Shown here: positions 31,725 through 45,200 of the stretch, piece by piece
Numbering within the stretch: the first letter of the stretch is position 1
How the letters are laid out: every line of letters starts with the position of its first letter
Origin: Eledone cirrhosa
Lineage: Eukaryota
NCBI GenBank assembly: GCA_964016885.1
Contig: OZ024742.1
Location: 209,374,001-209,438,000, forward strand
Direction of reading: 5' to 3'
DNA length: 64,000 bases
Made by a program: the position numbers and the translations under genes
The notes under the pieces: generated by a model
Seen by the model: the letters and a program-made list of their open reading frames with translations, nothing else
Databases searched by the model: none
Told to the model about the DNA's origin: nothing

Positions 31725-34700
31725 TCTTTCTTATTTGTCACAGGAGCGTACAAAAATGGGACATTACAAGACGTGACGCCGTGTATTTACATAAAACCTT
31801 TAACAATGATAAATAACAATAACCTATATAAAAATAAAACAATTGAAATCCCCATTAGGGGGTGGGGTTACGCTACTGCGGGGTTGTTTTACAACCCGTG
31901 GATAGAACAACCCTCAACACCAGAAACACGTTTTGTAGGTGTTCCCATCTTCCCTCTGTTTATCTTCCTCAGGTTTATATACAGAGAAGGCCCATTCACC
32001 CGGGCCATTTTCGCCACATTCACACACCTTTCAGTGAATTTACTGGGATTAAGCCCTTCTCTCCACTCTCACCTTCCTTCTGAAGTGGTACTTAAAGAAG
32101 GGGATGAGTTGCTATCCGGAGAGAAAGGTGCTTGCCCTCAGTCCTTTTAACCTCGTCCACCATATTACCTCTTTCGCCATAGCCACCAGACAGAGGAAGA
32201 CCACCTCTCCTTCATTCTTAAATGAAGGCGGCGGGGTGATCCTCACGATGGAATCGGCTGACAACTGGATGCGTCCTATACGTGGCAGTAGCTGTTTGAC
32301 ATAATTCCACTTCTCGGTCACCTCTGGGCACTGAACAATTGCGTGCAGAACGGTTTCGATGTCCTGCTCACATCTTGGACAGGTCCTTTTGGCAGGATCA
32401 CTGCCAGGGCGACCGTACCTGTAGATGTTGTCTCGAACTGGTAGAGCTCCTCGGTAGCACAGCCAGGCCAGAAACATCTGGAAGTTATCCATAGGCCCTG
32501 GACGGAAAGTCCTCCCGAACAAGCTGGTCAGTTCATCTTTCTCGATGCCTAGAGTTTCTCCGAGAACGTCGTCACACTTATCCTCCACTAATCCCCTATA
32601 GAATGTCGAAGTGTAGTCTCCGCTGATTGCCGTTCCCGCTTGGTAGAGGGCTGTGAGCGCCTGGAGGCACTCTAGGTTCCAGGCGCTCATTTTCGGTCTT
32701 CGCTTAACCCAGGACTGTAGCTCTGTTAGTGAGACGAGTTGTGGAAGAGCTCGTCTCACAAACAATAGCCACACCGGTTCGCCGGTCAGGAACACCTGGA
32801 GATGGCGTAGCCTCAGCGCGTGTTTGCGCACCATCAGCAACGGCATGCCCAGCCCTCCGTTAGAAGGGTGTTGACAGCAGATGTATCTCCTCACCAATGG
32901 AGCCTGTTTCTTCCAGAGGAACTTGAAGTGTAGGCGTCCCATTTTGGTAAGGTATTCGCGGGGACAAGGCACGACTGTCAAGCGGTAGTAGATGACGGAC
33001 GCTATGTAAGTGTTCGCCACCTCTGCTCGACCTTTCAAGGAGAGTTTGCACTCAGCCCACTTCTGGGTGAGTGCAAACACCTTCATTGTGACCTCGTTCC
33101 GGTTCTTGTCCACCTGGAGGTCTGGACCAAACCAGACCCCGAACAATTTCACCGGTCCTTCCGTCCAGCATCCAACGACCCTGTCGGAAGGCATGGGTTT
33201 GCCTCTCGATGTGCCGAGTTGCAAACCGACAGACTTGTTTGGGTTTAGTGTTGCTCCTTTCAACATTTCGTATTCCTGTAATAGGTTGCCGATTACTCCG
33301 ATATCCGAGGTTTTCGACACCATTATGGTTATGTCGTCGGCATAGGCCGACGCTGCTTTCCGCAGTCCTGGTTCGATCGGGATTCCCTGCAGCAGCTCCA
33401 ACTTCCGCAATAATGGCTCGAGAGCCAGTACATACAGAATGGAGGAGGGAGGGCAACCCGGACGGATGGAACGCATGATTTGGAATGGCTCCGATAGGTA
33501 ACCATTCACCTTGACTGCCGAGCAGTTGCTGGTGTGCATGGCAGCGATCCAGCCTCTGAAGACAGGACCGAAGCCGGCCGCCTTGAGAACCGCGTCCAAG
33601 TATTGATGGTCGACCCTATCAAATGCCTTAGACTGATCTAAATTGATCAGTGCCTTACCGAATCCAGGTTTACACCATACCCTCTCTATGATCTATCGCA
33701 TGAGGTGGAGGTTGTCGTGTATGGACCTGGTCGGGATTGCACACGTTTGCGCTTTCCCTACCAGGTTCTCGACGACAAGCGCCAGCCTCGCTGCTAACAC
33801 CTTGGCCTAAATCTTTAACTATGTGTTGAGCAGAGTTATGGGCCTGAAATTGCTTATCACATCCCTTTGTTCTCATCTTTCCTGATCAGCGTTAATACGT
33901 CTCTGCCTACAGAACTGGGAATCCTCCCGTTCTGCTGCCAGTTGCAGTAGACCGCTTCGAGGACGCCAGAAAACAAGTCTGGCATGCCTATGTAAAACTC
34001 ATAGGGTAGACCATCTAAACCGGGTGATTTGCGTCTCCCACAGTGGCCTAGCGCATCTTCTATTTCGCCCCCTGTGATCGGCCTTTCGCAGCTCTCTGCA
34101 TGCGTGCTCGATAGTCGTGGTACGCTCTCGAGGTAGGAGCTGAAGTCCATCACCTCCCTTGATGTACCGCTTTGCCCGAACAGTTGTGAAAAATGCCGTG
34201 CACATCTGCTTGGATTCATGTAGAATGAGTCTATTTTTGTCTTGCAAGGGCCGAATTGTGGATTTGTTGCCACTTTTCGCCTCTGCCACTCGAGCCCAGC
34301 TAACAGCTTTGGTTCCCTCGTTTCTTAGAGCACGTGTTCTACATCTGACTATACAACCTTTGTGTTTCACGTTGAATAACTGGTCTAGTGCCGTTCTCGC
34401 CGCTAGTACGTCAGCTGTACTGCCATTCCTAACGGCCTCTTCTACTTTAGCTACTAGTTCCTTTTCGGTTTTGTTTTTTTCTAAAGCTACTTCCTTGCTA
34501 AATGCTATCGATTCTATTCTAATTGCTCTCTTGAGAGAGCTCCACTACCTGTTGTTGACGGTCGCCCCCGTCAACTGGCACTTAACTAAGGTGCTAGTCA
34601 GAAGTGACATGTTTAGCTTCCAGTATCCGGGTCCCTGTCTATGTGTTCTATCAAGGTTGACTCCGCAGTTGACTAATTTGTGGTCTGAATAGGCAACCAT

Positions 34701-37480
34701 GTGCATTTGTGGACAGCTTAATGTTTCCTTATCATTATGACTAATTAAAAATCTATGTAAATACGATATAGAAGACCCAGGGCGGTTGCTCCACGTCCAC
34801 AGTGGTACACTGTGGAAGCTTAGTGGATATCTCTCAGCCAGTTGGAATTGGCTGATGAGATTTTTGAGGCTATTTCACCCCCCCCCCCCCTCTATTATCA
34901 CAAGCTCCTACATAGTCCCAACGTGCATCTAAGATGCCATTCCAGTCCCCAGCTAACACTAAGGAGCGAGACGTTCCCAGGAATGGCTCCAGACGCTTGA
35001 AAAACTCTGGTCGCGATGTCCTAGTCGGGGCATATACGGCCACCAGTCTGAAAGCTCCACCTTCACTACCATTCACATCCAGGACCACCAAGCTGCCGTC
35101 CGGGTCCAAGTGAATCGTCTGTGCTTTGAGATCCAAGTTTTTTCGAAACAGAACAGCAACTTCCCCTCCACCTCCTGGCTGACAGAGAGATGTGTAGATC
35201 TCAAAGTCATCGAACATGGAGGTTAGCTGCTGCTTGTCGTGAATCCTGGACTCGGTGATGGCTATCACATCTATACAATGTGACCCGAGATCATTTAAAA
35301 GCTGGCCCTGTTTCCAGGGCAGGCCCAGGCCACGTACATTCAAACATCCAACTTGTATAGTCGCCATGTTGATGAAGAAGAGTTAGGGAGAGAAAAGGCA
35401 GGAACACTTACCTTTTCGTTTCCTGGAGGTCGGGTTGTTCGATCTCCATGTCCAGATTGGGGGGTCTTTGGGGAGGGAGGGAATCCTTTTAGCAGGACCC
35501 GGTTAAGGGTTTTTTGGCAAGGGGGTACCACATCATGTGAGAAGGTCCCTTTCAAAGTTTCATGTTGTAGGGTTGTTACCCTGATCAGTTTGAGGTTTGG
35601 GGTGGGTCGTTGGTGGGGAAAGTTTTCCCTTCCATTTGGATAGTAGGATCCTTTCGGACAGTTTCTACTAGTTCTTTGTTTGTTGTTTTTATGTATGTGT
35701 AATGTGTTTTGTTTTTTATGTGTACTGTTTCTGTTTGAAGTTTTCTTTTTGTGGTTGGGTTTGTGATTGTGGTGGTGTGGGTGTTTGTTGTGTTGGTGGT
35801 GATTGTGTTGTTTGTGGCGGCGTGTTTATGGTGGGGTTGAGTGTGTGCGTGTTTTCTGTAGATGTTTTTGTTTTTGTGTTTTTATTTGTCTCTTTTTTTT
35901 TAGGGGGGGGGGGGGGGTCTGCGGTTCCTCTTCATTCTCACTTGGAGATGTAGAGGTTCCCGTGTCTGAGACTTCTGAATCAGGAGTAGATGGGAGGGGT
36001 ATGTTGTGTGGTGGAGTGTTTGTGCAGGTGTTTGTGGAATTATTTGACAGGGAGGGAGGAGGCAATGGAGGGTTTTCAGTGGGATTTTGTGTGTGTGGTT
36101 GTCTCTGGTCTGTGGTGGTGTGGGAGTGGATGTTGCAGGTGTTTGTATTGTGTTTGGTTTGGGGTGTTGATGTTGGGGTTTTGGTGTTGGTAATAACACC
36201 TTGTTTGTACCCGGTTTGTTTAAGAGAGGGCAAAAGGCCTTTAAGTGTGTGGTTTTCCCACACTTATGGCACTGAGGTCTTTTCCCCTCCACTAAAATGG
36301 AGATGACATCTTCCTCAAGGACAATTTTGTCCAGGATTTTCTCAACTCTCTTTGGCCTCATTTGTACCAGAACCTCGATGCAGGTTCCAAACCAGTTATT
36401 CTGGTCTGTCCTGTCTACAGATAGGCGGGTGTCCTCATCCTTCTTCAGGATGCAGCGTAGGATCCACCATATATTGACCTCTGCTGGATCCTGGTTATTT
36501 TTATTTTGTAGGATCTTCTTCCCGTTTATGAAGGGAAAATGTGTTGATCCGTTTTTATTGGGTGAACCGAGTGTTTTTTAACCAGAGTTTCGATCTTAAA
36601 GAGCACTGAAACACTTCCATACTGTTTAGCTCTTTGGAGATATTCCACGTCTGGCTTGATGTCTTTTAGTGCAGCTTCAATAGTGCTTGGTGGGAGCGTT
36701 ATGGGTTTTTTGGTAATGATGTCAACTTTTCTATAGATCAGTTTCTTTTTCTGTGTCATCTCTCTTACTTGCGGGGGTATGTGTATATGTGGGGTGTCTT
36801 CCTCAAACGTCACATAGGTGGAAGCTTCTTCCAAATATTGGGACTTTTGGGAAATGTCCATGGGGTAATATTTAAAATCCTGTTGCTTAGCAACGGTTGC
36901 TGCAAATGAAATTGTGTTATTGTTGTTGTTGGCGGTGATGATGGTCTCATTCGTTGTGTTGCCGCTGATTCCTTTTGTTGTATTGTTGTTGTTCTCATTT
37001 ATTGTGTTGTTGTTGTTGTTGCTTGTGGTGGTGTTAGTATTTGCTACACATTCTTTCTTCTGTGTATGGATACATGTGACGTTTGTGACGTCAGGCGTGT
37101 TCAGTTGCTTACAAGCAGCTGAAGCTTGTTACTCTTCTAAATGTTGAGGCGATAATATTGGCATTCCTTTGTCCATGTCTGCTACTATCTGCTGGTCAAG
37201 TAGACATGGCTTTCCCTTCCCATCTTGTATTGACAAAGAAGCAGGTGTTTTGCTTCGGCCATTTGTTTTTTAAATAAAAGTGTTTTGCAAAAATCTTTTC
37301 GAAAATATGTTGGATGTTTTTGCCCTGAGGGGCACGATATTTTGGGAGACTGACCAGATGAAAATTTGACCTGTCAGTCCCTCTACAAATTGGTATAAAA
37401 ATAAAAGTTCACAATGACGAATTTCTAAAGAAATTTAAACAAAACTTACCGGGCAAGTTTAACACATGTGTCCATCCAAG
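31725..37480 (-). mobile_element. Near full-length Tx1/L1 LINE with ORF1 remnant (CCHC knuckle) and disrupted ORF2 (35367 to ~31970)
   Basis: ORF1 CHKCGKTTHLKAFC; ORF2 APE and RT motifs as in the neighbouring copy; (GATA)n on both sides. Confidence 0.9.
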
Positions 37481-37789
37481 AGATAGGATAGATAGATAGA
37501 TATGTATGTATACATGTTTATTTATAACAATGCCAAGCTACCATGAAGGCTACATATGTTTAGTGACAATGATATAGAATATGTCTAAAATTCAACTATC
37601 AAAACCGACAGTACTGATAAAGAAACTAAACGTGTTAATCTAGAAAGTGATTAATAGTTTCACTCCTTTAATGTGCCATATGTCTAGTCCTCTCTGTATA
37701 ATTGTCAATATTAAAATGTTGTTGTTACTTGTTCATATAACTTTCAACCAATAACAAGCAAATATCCCTGAAAATGTAACCTATTAAAT

Positions 37790-37975
37790 AATTGTTTCTA
37801 CTTTTTTGGCACAAGGCCAGCAATTTCCTAGTACAATACTGGTACTTTATTTTATCGACCCCGTAAGGATGAAAGGCAAAGTGAACCTCGGCGGGATTTG
37901 AACTCAAACCGTAAAGGGACGTAACTATGCTGGAAAGCATGGCGTCCGACTCTCTACCGATACTGCCAATCCACC
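37790..37975 (-). mobile_element. tRNA-derived SINE
   Basis: ggcacaaggccagcaatt..tcgacccc..ggatttgaactc, the reverse complement of the 55105 copy. Confidence 0.8.
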
Positions 37976-38611
37976 TATTAAATAATGTAATTTTGAATAC
38001 TCCTAAAATATTTGTTGGTCACGCCTGGAATATATTTCGTCATAAGACTTCAAAATTAATGTTCTTGGTTTGAACATTTTACTAATTACGTTCATGCAAT
38101 TTTATTTATTGAAGTAGAGGTTTATTTGTTGCGAATATAATGGTTTTCTGTCCTACTTGTGTGTGAAATAAATAATTGATTGTATAAATCCTTGTACGTA
38201 TGGACAAAGCAGCAGATAAGCTGTCCCAACACGTTTCTGAGCGGAGAAAACTTCACTTCTGGCTACAGAAATAATCCTCTTACGCATTATCTGGTATGTT
38301 CAAGATGACTTTGTGAAATACGTAGTCCGAAAGAGAAATATAAATGTAAAATAATTATACCTACTTGAGGGGTATTTAATTACCATGTGCCTAGCTTTGC
38401 TGTCATATATTAGGACGGTGAAAGATGAATCCCCTTCACATTAGAAAGGATGCCAGCTATCATAACAAATATTTCATGGAGTCTTAAAACTTTTCTTAAA
38501 CTCCAGATGAACGAAAGCAGTATTGATTAAATGCATACATTCGATTGGAAATCACTACCTATGAGCAAGCAAGTCAATGAAATATCCTATGCACAGAGAT
38601 AATAATAATAA

Positions 38612-38821
38612 TGGTTTCTAGTTTAGGCACAAGGCCAGTAATTTGGAGGAGAGGGGAAAAGACGATTAAATCGACCCCAGTGCATTACTAGTGCTTTATA
38701 TTATCGACCCCACAAGGATGGAAGGCAAAGCTAAACTCAGCAGGATTTTAATTCAGAACTAAAAGAGCAGTAACTATATGCCATAGAGCAAGGTGCCCGA
38801 CGCTCTAACGATACTGCCAAT
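38612..38821 (-). mobile_element. tRNA-derived SINE in (AAT)n
   Basis: Same family; (AAT)n on both sides. Confidence 0.8.
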
Positions 38822-38823
38822 AC

Positions 38824-38868
<45 letters not shown>

Positions 38869-40023
38869 TGTGTCTATTATTAGGTACAGTGCGGGAATTC
38901 TGAGATGGAATGTTGCTGAACAAAAAGAAATGGATAGGAAGACTAGGAAGCTATTGACTATCTACAACATGTTCCACAAGAGGAGTGATGTCGATAGACT
39001 CTACCTAAGGAGATCTGAGGGTGGAAGAGGTCTTATCAGCATAGAGGACTGTGTTCAGATGGAGAAAAACAACCTATACAAATACGTGACCTATAGTAAG
39101 GAGCCAATGCTCAGAACTGTACTGAAGGAGGGGACAGTAGGCCAGGGGATGTCCAAGGAGGAAATAACATCAAGGAGGAAGAGCAGCCTTAAGGGAAAAT
39201 CCCTTCATAGTACCTTCTTTGAAAAAACTGAATTTAGAGATCCACAGACATGGAACTGGTTGAGAAGAGGAGACCTCAAAAAGGCTACAGAAGGAATGCT
39301 AATGGCTGCGCAGGAGCAGGCCCTCAAAACGAAGTGGTTGAAGCACCATATTTACAAGGAGGAGGCTAGCCCACTGTGCAGGATCTGTGGAGAGAGAGAG
39401 GAGACTGTGGCTCACATTGTGTCCGAGTGTAAACACCTAGCCCAGACCCACTATAAGGGCTGGAGACACGATGTGATGGGCAGGGTGATCCACTGGCACC
39501 TGTGCAAAGTAAACAATTTACCACATTCTGAGAAATGGTATGAGCATAGGCCAGAGGCGGTGATGGAGAACAATCAGGTGAAGGTGCTGTGGGATTTTAG
39601 GATACAGACGGACAAAAAACTGGAACACAATAGACCTGACCTGGTGGTTGTGGACAAAGAAAAAAGATCGTGTCTGATTGTGGATGTGGCCTGCCCGTTC
39701 GACACGAGAGTGCAAGAGAAGGAGAGGGAGAAAATTAACCGATACCAGGACTTAAAGTGGGAGGTAAAAAGGATTTGGAACTGCCATGAAGTCAAAGTGA
39801 TCCCGATTGTCATAGGCGCACTGGGGACTATCTCCAAAAGTTTCCAGGGATGGTTAAAGAAAATCGGCCCCTTCACGCTTTTTGGAACGCTTCAAAAGGC
39901 ATGCTTGCTTGGAACAGCAAGAACCCTCCGATACGTCCTGAATATCTGAGGCTGCAGGTAGTGGCTTGATATTCAATCCAACGGACTTTCCAGTTAACCA
40001 ACATCAATCACTGAGATTCAAGG
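38869..40023 (+). mobile_element. 5'-truncated R4/Dong copy (REL domain and 3' UTR), nearly identical to the full-length copy
   Basis: ORF 38870-39949 equals the C-terminal 359 aa of 42897-46289 apart from a few substitutions; (TAA)n on both sides. Confidence 0.95.
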
Positions 40024-40057
40024 AATAACAACAATAATAATAATAATAATAATAATA

Positions 40058-40234
40058 TTTGGCACAAGGCCAGCAATTACCCAGTAGATTACTGGTACTT
40101 TATTTTATCGACTCCGTAAGGATGATAGGCAAAGTTAACCTCGGCGGGATTTGAACTCAGAATAGCAAGGGTCGTAACTCTATACGTCAAAGAATGGCGT
40201 CCGACCCTCTACCGATACTGCCAATTCACCGCCC
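40058..40234 (-). mobile_element. tRNA-derived SINE in (AAT)n
   Basis: Full-length copy with A and B boxes on the minus strand. Confidence 0.8.
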
Positions 40235-40294
<60 letters not shown>

Positions 40295-40297
<3 letters not shown>

Positions 40298-42194
40298 TTT
40301 GACAACAACCAGAAGATGTTGTTTGGACAGCTTGAAGGGAAAGAAAGAGGGAACGACTTAATCCCTGAGGCGGGACAAACTAAAACATTCCGGAGAGGAA
40401 TATGTGAGCAGGATGTTGAACATAATGATCAGGCAGTGTGGATTGAGACAGTACAAAAGGAGATTAGTGAACAGGCACAGCAACAAACTGATTTGAGTAT
40501 CACAGTTGAAACTCTTAAGGGACAGGCCAGAAAACTAACCAACTGGAAATCACCAGGCCCAGATGGTGTGCAGGGGTATTGGATTAAAAATATAACATCC
40601 CTCCACCCGAAACTGACAACCATGTTCAATGACTGCTTTATGTCAGGTGAGGTATCAGAGTGGTTGACAGGTGAGGTATAAGAGTGGTTGACAAAAGGTA
40701 CCACAGTTCTGGTAATGAAAGACCGAATCAAGGGTAATGATGTTACCAACTGTAGACCTATCACATGTCTGTCCGTAACGTTGAAACTGTTAACAAGCAT
40801 TATGTCTGAGGAAATCTACCATCACCTCCACACAAACAACTTGTTACCGGATGAACAGAAAGGATGCCGAAAGAAGTCCCGTGGTACAAAGGACAAATTA
40901 TTTATTGATAAGATGGTAATGAGGAATTGCAGGAAGAGACACACATGGGATGGATAGATTACAAAAAGGCATTCGACATGGTACCTCATTCTTGGATAAC
41001 CAAAAGCCTAGAGATCTTCAGTGTGGCAGATAACATCAGACATTTGTTGAGCAAAAGTATAAAGTCCTGGGAAACAGAGTTAACATCGGGCGGAGAATCC
41101 TTGGGAGACGTGAGGATCAAGAGAGGTATCTTCCAGGGAGATAGTTTGTCCCCTCTGTTGTTTGTCCTTGCCCTGATTCCCCTGACCATTATACTGCGAA
41201 AGGTGAGAGCAGGATACAAGTTGGGAAAAGGAGAGCTTACCATCAACCACATCTTCTTCATGGACGATCTTAAATTCTTCGGAAAGAGTGAGAAGGAGTT
41301 GGATGTACTTATTGACACTGTCCGTATTTTTAGCAGTGATATATGTATGCAATTTGGTATTAATAAGTTTGGAGTCCTAGTGATGAAGAGGGGTAAATTG
41401 AGCAGAAGCAACAGATCCAGGTACCAACAGGTGAGATGATAAAGGAAATTGACACTGAAGAAGTATGCAAATATTTAGGTGTTCTGGAGGCTGATGACAC
41501 CAAGAACAAAAAAATGAAGGAATTGATAAGATCTGAGTACATTAGGAGAGTAAGGAGCGTATTAAAATCATATTTAAATAGTAGGAATGTCATAAGTGCA
41601 GTGAATTCCCGAGCTGTGTCTATTATTAGGTACAGTGCGGGAATTCTGAGATGGAATGTGATCCACTGGCACCTATGCAAAGTAAACAATTTACCACATT
41701 CTGAGAAGTGGTATGAGCATAAGCCAGAGTCGGTGATAGAAAACGATCAGGTGAAGGTGCTGTCGGATGTTAGGATACAGACAGACAAGAAACTAGAACA
41801 CAATAGACCTGACCTGGTGGTTTTGGACAAGGGAAAAAGATCGTGCCTGATTGTGGATGTAGCCTGCCCATTCGACGCGTGAGTGCAAGAGAAGGAGAGG
41901 GAGAAAATTAACCGATACCAGACTTAAAGTGGGAGGTAAAAAGGATTTGGAACTACTATGAAGTCAAATTGGTTCTATTGTCATAGGCGCACTAGGTACT
42001 ATCTCAAAAAGTGTCCAGGGATGGTTAAAGAATATTGGTCCCGCCCCGCTTTTTGGAACACTTCAAAAGGCATGCTTGTTAGGAACAGCAAGAACCCTCC
42101 GATACGTCCTGAATATCTGAGGCTGCATGTAGTGGCTTGATATTCATTTCAACAAACTTTCCAGTTAAATAACATCAATGACTGAGACTCAAAG
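40295..42194 (+). mobile_element. Older 5'-truncated, internally deleted R4/Dong copy
   Basis: Frameshifted homology to 43901-46363; junction ggaatgt|gatccactgg at ~41660 removes ~570 nt; (TAA)n flanks. Confidence 0.9.
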
Positions 42195-42197
42195 AAC

Positions 42198-42236
<39 letters not shown>

Positions 42237-45200
42237 TACCACCACTATCCCATCACCGCCGCCACCACCCCTTGACTCCTTCACTGCTGCTGCCACCGCT
42301 ACAGCACCATCACTACAGTAATACGGTCGCATCACCGCCACCACTGCCTCGGTATCGACATCACCACCACCACTGTCTCAGTATCGCCAACGCCGCCAGT
42401 CTCTGCTGGATACCACTTCCACATTATAGAATTCCTACTACTAACAAAGAGGAAGGCATCAAAATATATAGATAGACTCAAAAGAAAAAAGAAAAAAACA
42501 AACAACAAAAGCAGCACAGCAACAACAGTAAAAAACGAGAAAAACAGAGAAAAACAAAAACAAAAAAAGAAACCCCAAAAACGTAAAGAAAATAAGAATG
42601 AAGAGAGAAGCAGGCGGACGGACAGAGAAGAGGGGGGAAAAAGTAAAACTTAAAAAACAAAAACTAAGTCAGACATTCAAATACTACATTACAATGAAAC
42701 TTATGCTTATTCATTTTTGGGGCCCTTTCTGCCCGTGTGTTTGTTTGTTTATGTGTGTCCGTATACAGCGTGGTGATAATGCCACACAAGGGCCAAGTGG
42801 GATGGCGGATCCACAGATGGCTATGTAAACATACATTCGCCAATCCTCGATAAGAGTGTTTAAATATCGAACATAAACAGTTCGAATAACGGTGAAATGG
42901 AGACTAGAACGTCATGTGACAGACTCTCACCCAACAGGTGCCCCCTGGCTCAGCAGCAGGAACCTGACTGTCAACCAAATACTGCTGATGTTGGAGGAAG
43001 AAGAAGAAGGAAAGGGGCCAGAACCAACTGGACGAAAGAATTGAATAGAACTGTTATGCAATGCTACCTGAAAAGTAACCCCAAGGAGAGGGGCTACAGG
43101 AGACGGATGCATAACATCTGGAACGAGATTGGTTTATTTAAATTAGATGAACAAAAATTGGCCGGGCAGGCTCGGGTAATAAGAACTAATGGGTGGATAA
43201 GCGAGCTGGAACTGGAGGAACTGAGCAGAGAGAATGGCTTGGAGATGGCGGGTGTAGTATGCCAGACAAGCGAGCCGGCGGGAAATGAAGGTGAGGAGGT
43301 CCTGAGAACGGAGGAACCGCCCGAAGCAGACAATGATCTGAATACTGAGATAAATAATACCTGGAACAGAGATACGGCCACTGAGGAGATGAATGCTGAC
43401 GGGCTAGGACAAGATTCGGTTGACATCCTAAATTTAGTGGTAGATGAGTTGAACAATGATAGTGGGAGACCTATGAACCTAAGATTTGTAGACAGGAAAA
43501 AGTTAAAAGAAACAACAGCTAAGGTAAACAAAGTCATCCCATACCTTGAGGCGAGGAGTCTTCACCAGTGCAACAATATCCTCAAAGCAACAGCAAATAC
43601 GGTGAGGAAACTACTTGGTATAAAAGCGAGAGGAAACAACAGACAAGAAAGAGCAGAGCCGTGGTGGAAGAAGCGACTGAGTGGGCAAATCGGGGAAATG
43701 AGAAATGACATAGGAAAGCTTGAGTCACTACTGAATGGGACACTAAAAAACATAGGCACTAAAAATAGACTGGAAATAAAATACAAAACTAGGAGTAAAA
43801 AGCTAAATATTATCATAGAGGAATTGAAGCAACGCATTGTAGCAAAGAGTGCCAAAATCAGGCGATACGAGAACAGAGTCAGTCAGTATAAACAGAACCG
43901 CATGTTCGACAACAACCAGAAGATGCTGTTTGGACAGCTTGAGGGGAAAGAAAGAGGCAACGACTTGATCCCTGGGGCGGAACAAGCTAAAACATTCTGG
44001 AGAGGAATATGGGAGCAGGATGTTAGACACAATGCCCAGGCAGGGTGGATTGAGACAGTACAGAGGGAGATCGGTGAGCAGGCACAGCAACAGACTGATT
44101 TGAGTATCACAGTTGAAACTCTTAAGGGGCAAGCCAAAAAACTAACCAACTGGAAATCACCAGGCCCAGATGGTGTGCAGGGGTATTGGATTAAACATTT
44201 AACATCCCTCCACCCGAAGCTGACGGCCATGTTCAATGACTGCTTGGTGTCGGGTGAGGTGCCAGAGTGGTTGACAAAAGGTACCACAGTTCTGATAATG
44301 AAAGACCGAATCAAGGGTAATGATGTTACCAACTATAGACCTATCACATGTCTGCCCGTAATGTGGAAACTGTTGACGAGCATTGTGTCTGAGGAAATCT
44401 ACCATCACCTCCACACAAACAACTTGTTGCCGGACGAACAGAAAGGATGCCGAAAGAAGTCACGTGGTACAAAGGACCAGTTGCTTATTGATAAGATGGT
44501 AATGGGGAATTGCAGGAGGAGACACACTGATCTTGCCATGGGATGGATAGACTACAGAAAGGCATTTGACATGGTGCCTCATTCCTGGATCACCAAAAGC
44601 CTGGAGATCTTCAGGGTGGCAGATAACATCAGACAGTTGCTGGGCAGGAGTATGGGGTCCTGGGAGACAGAGTTGACATCAACTGGAGTATCCTTGGGAA
44701 GCGTGAAGATCAAGAGAGGTATCTTCCAGGGAGATAGCCTGTCCCCTCTGTTGTTTGTCCTTGCCCTGATGCCCTTGACCATTATGCTGCGAAAAGTGAG
44801 AGCAGGATACAAGTTGGGAAGGGGAGAGCTTACCATCAATCACCTCCTCTTCATGGACGATCTTAAGCTCTTCGGGAAAAGTGAGAAGGAGTTGGATGTG
44901 CTTGTTGACACTGTCCGTATTTTCAGCAGTGATATATGTATGCAGTTTGGTATTGGTAAATGTGGAGTCATTGTGATGAGGAGGGGTAGGTTGAGCAGAA
45001 GTAACGGGATCCAGATACCAACAGGTGAGATGATAAAGGAAATTGACTCTGAGGAAGGATACAAGTATTTGGGCGTTCTGGAGGCTGATGGCATAAAGAA
45101 CAAAAAAATGAAGGAATTGTTAAGAACTGAATACATTCGGAGAGTAAGGAGCGTATTGAAGTCACATCTGAACAGCAGAAATGCCATAAGCGCAGTAAAT

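Noticed and set aside
42718-42830. HDV-like ribozyme in the Dong 5' UTR (ggccctt/aagggcc)
   Set aside because: A P1-like helix exists but no convincing P3/L3/P1.1
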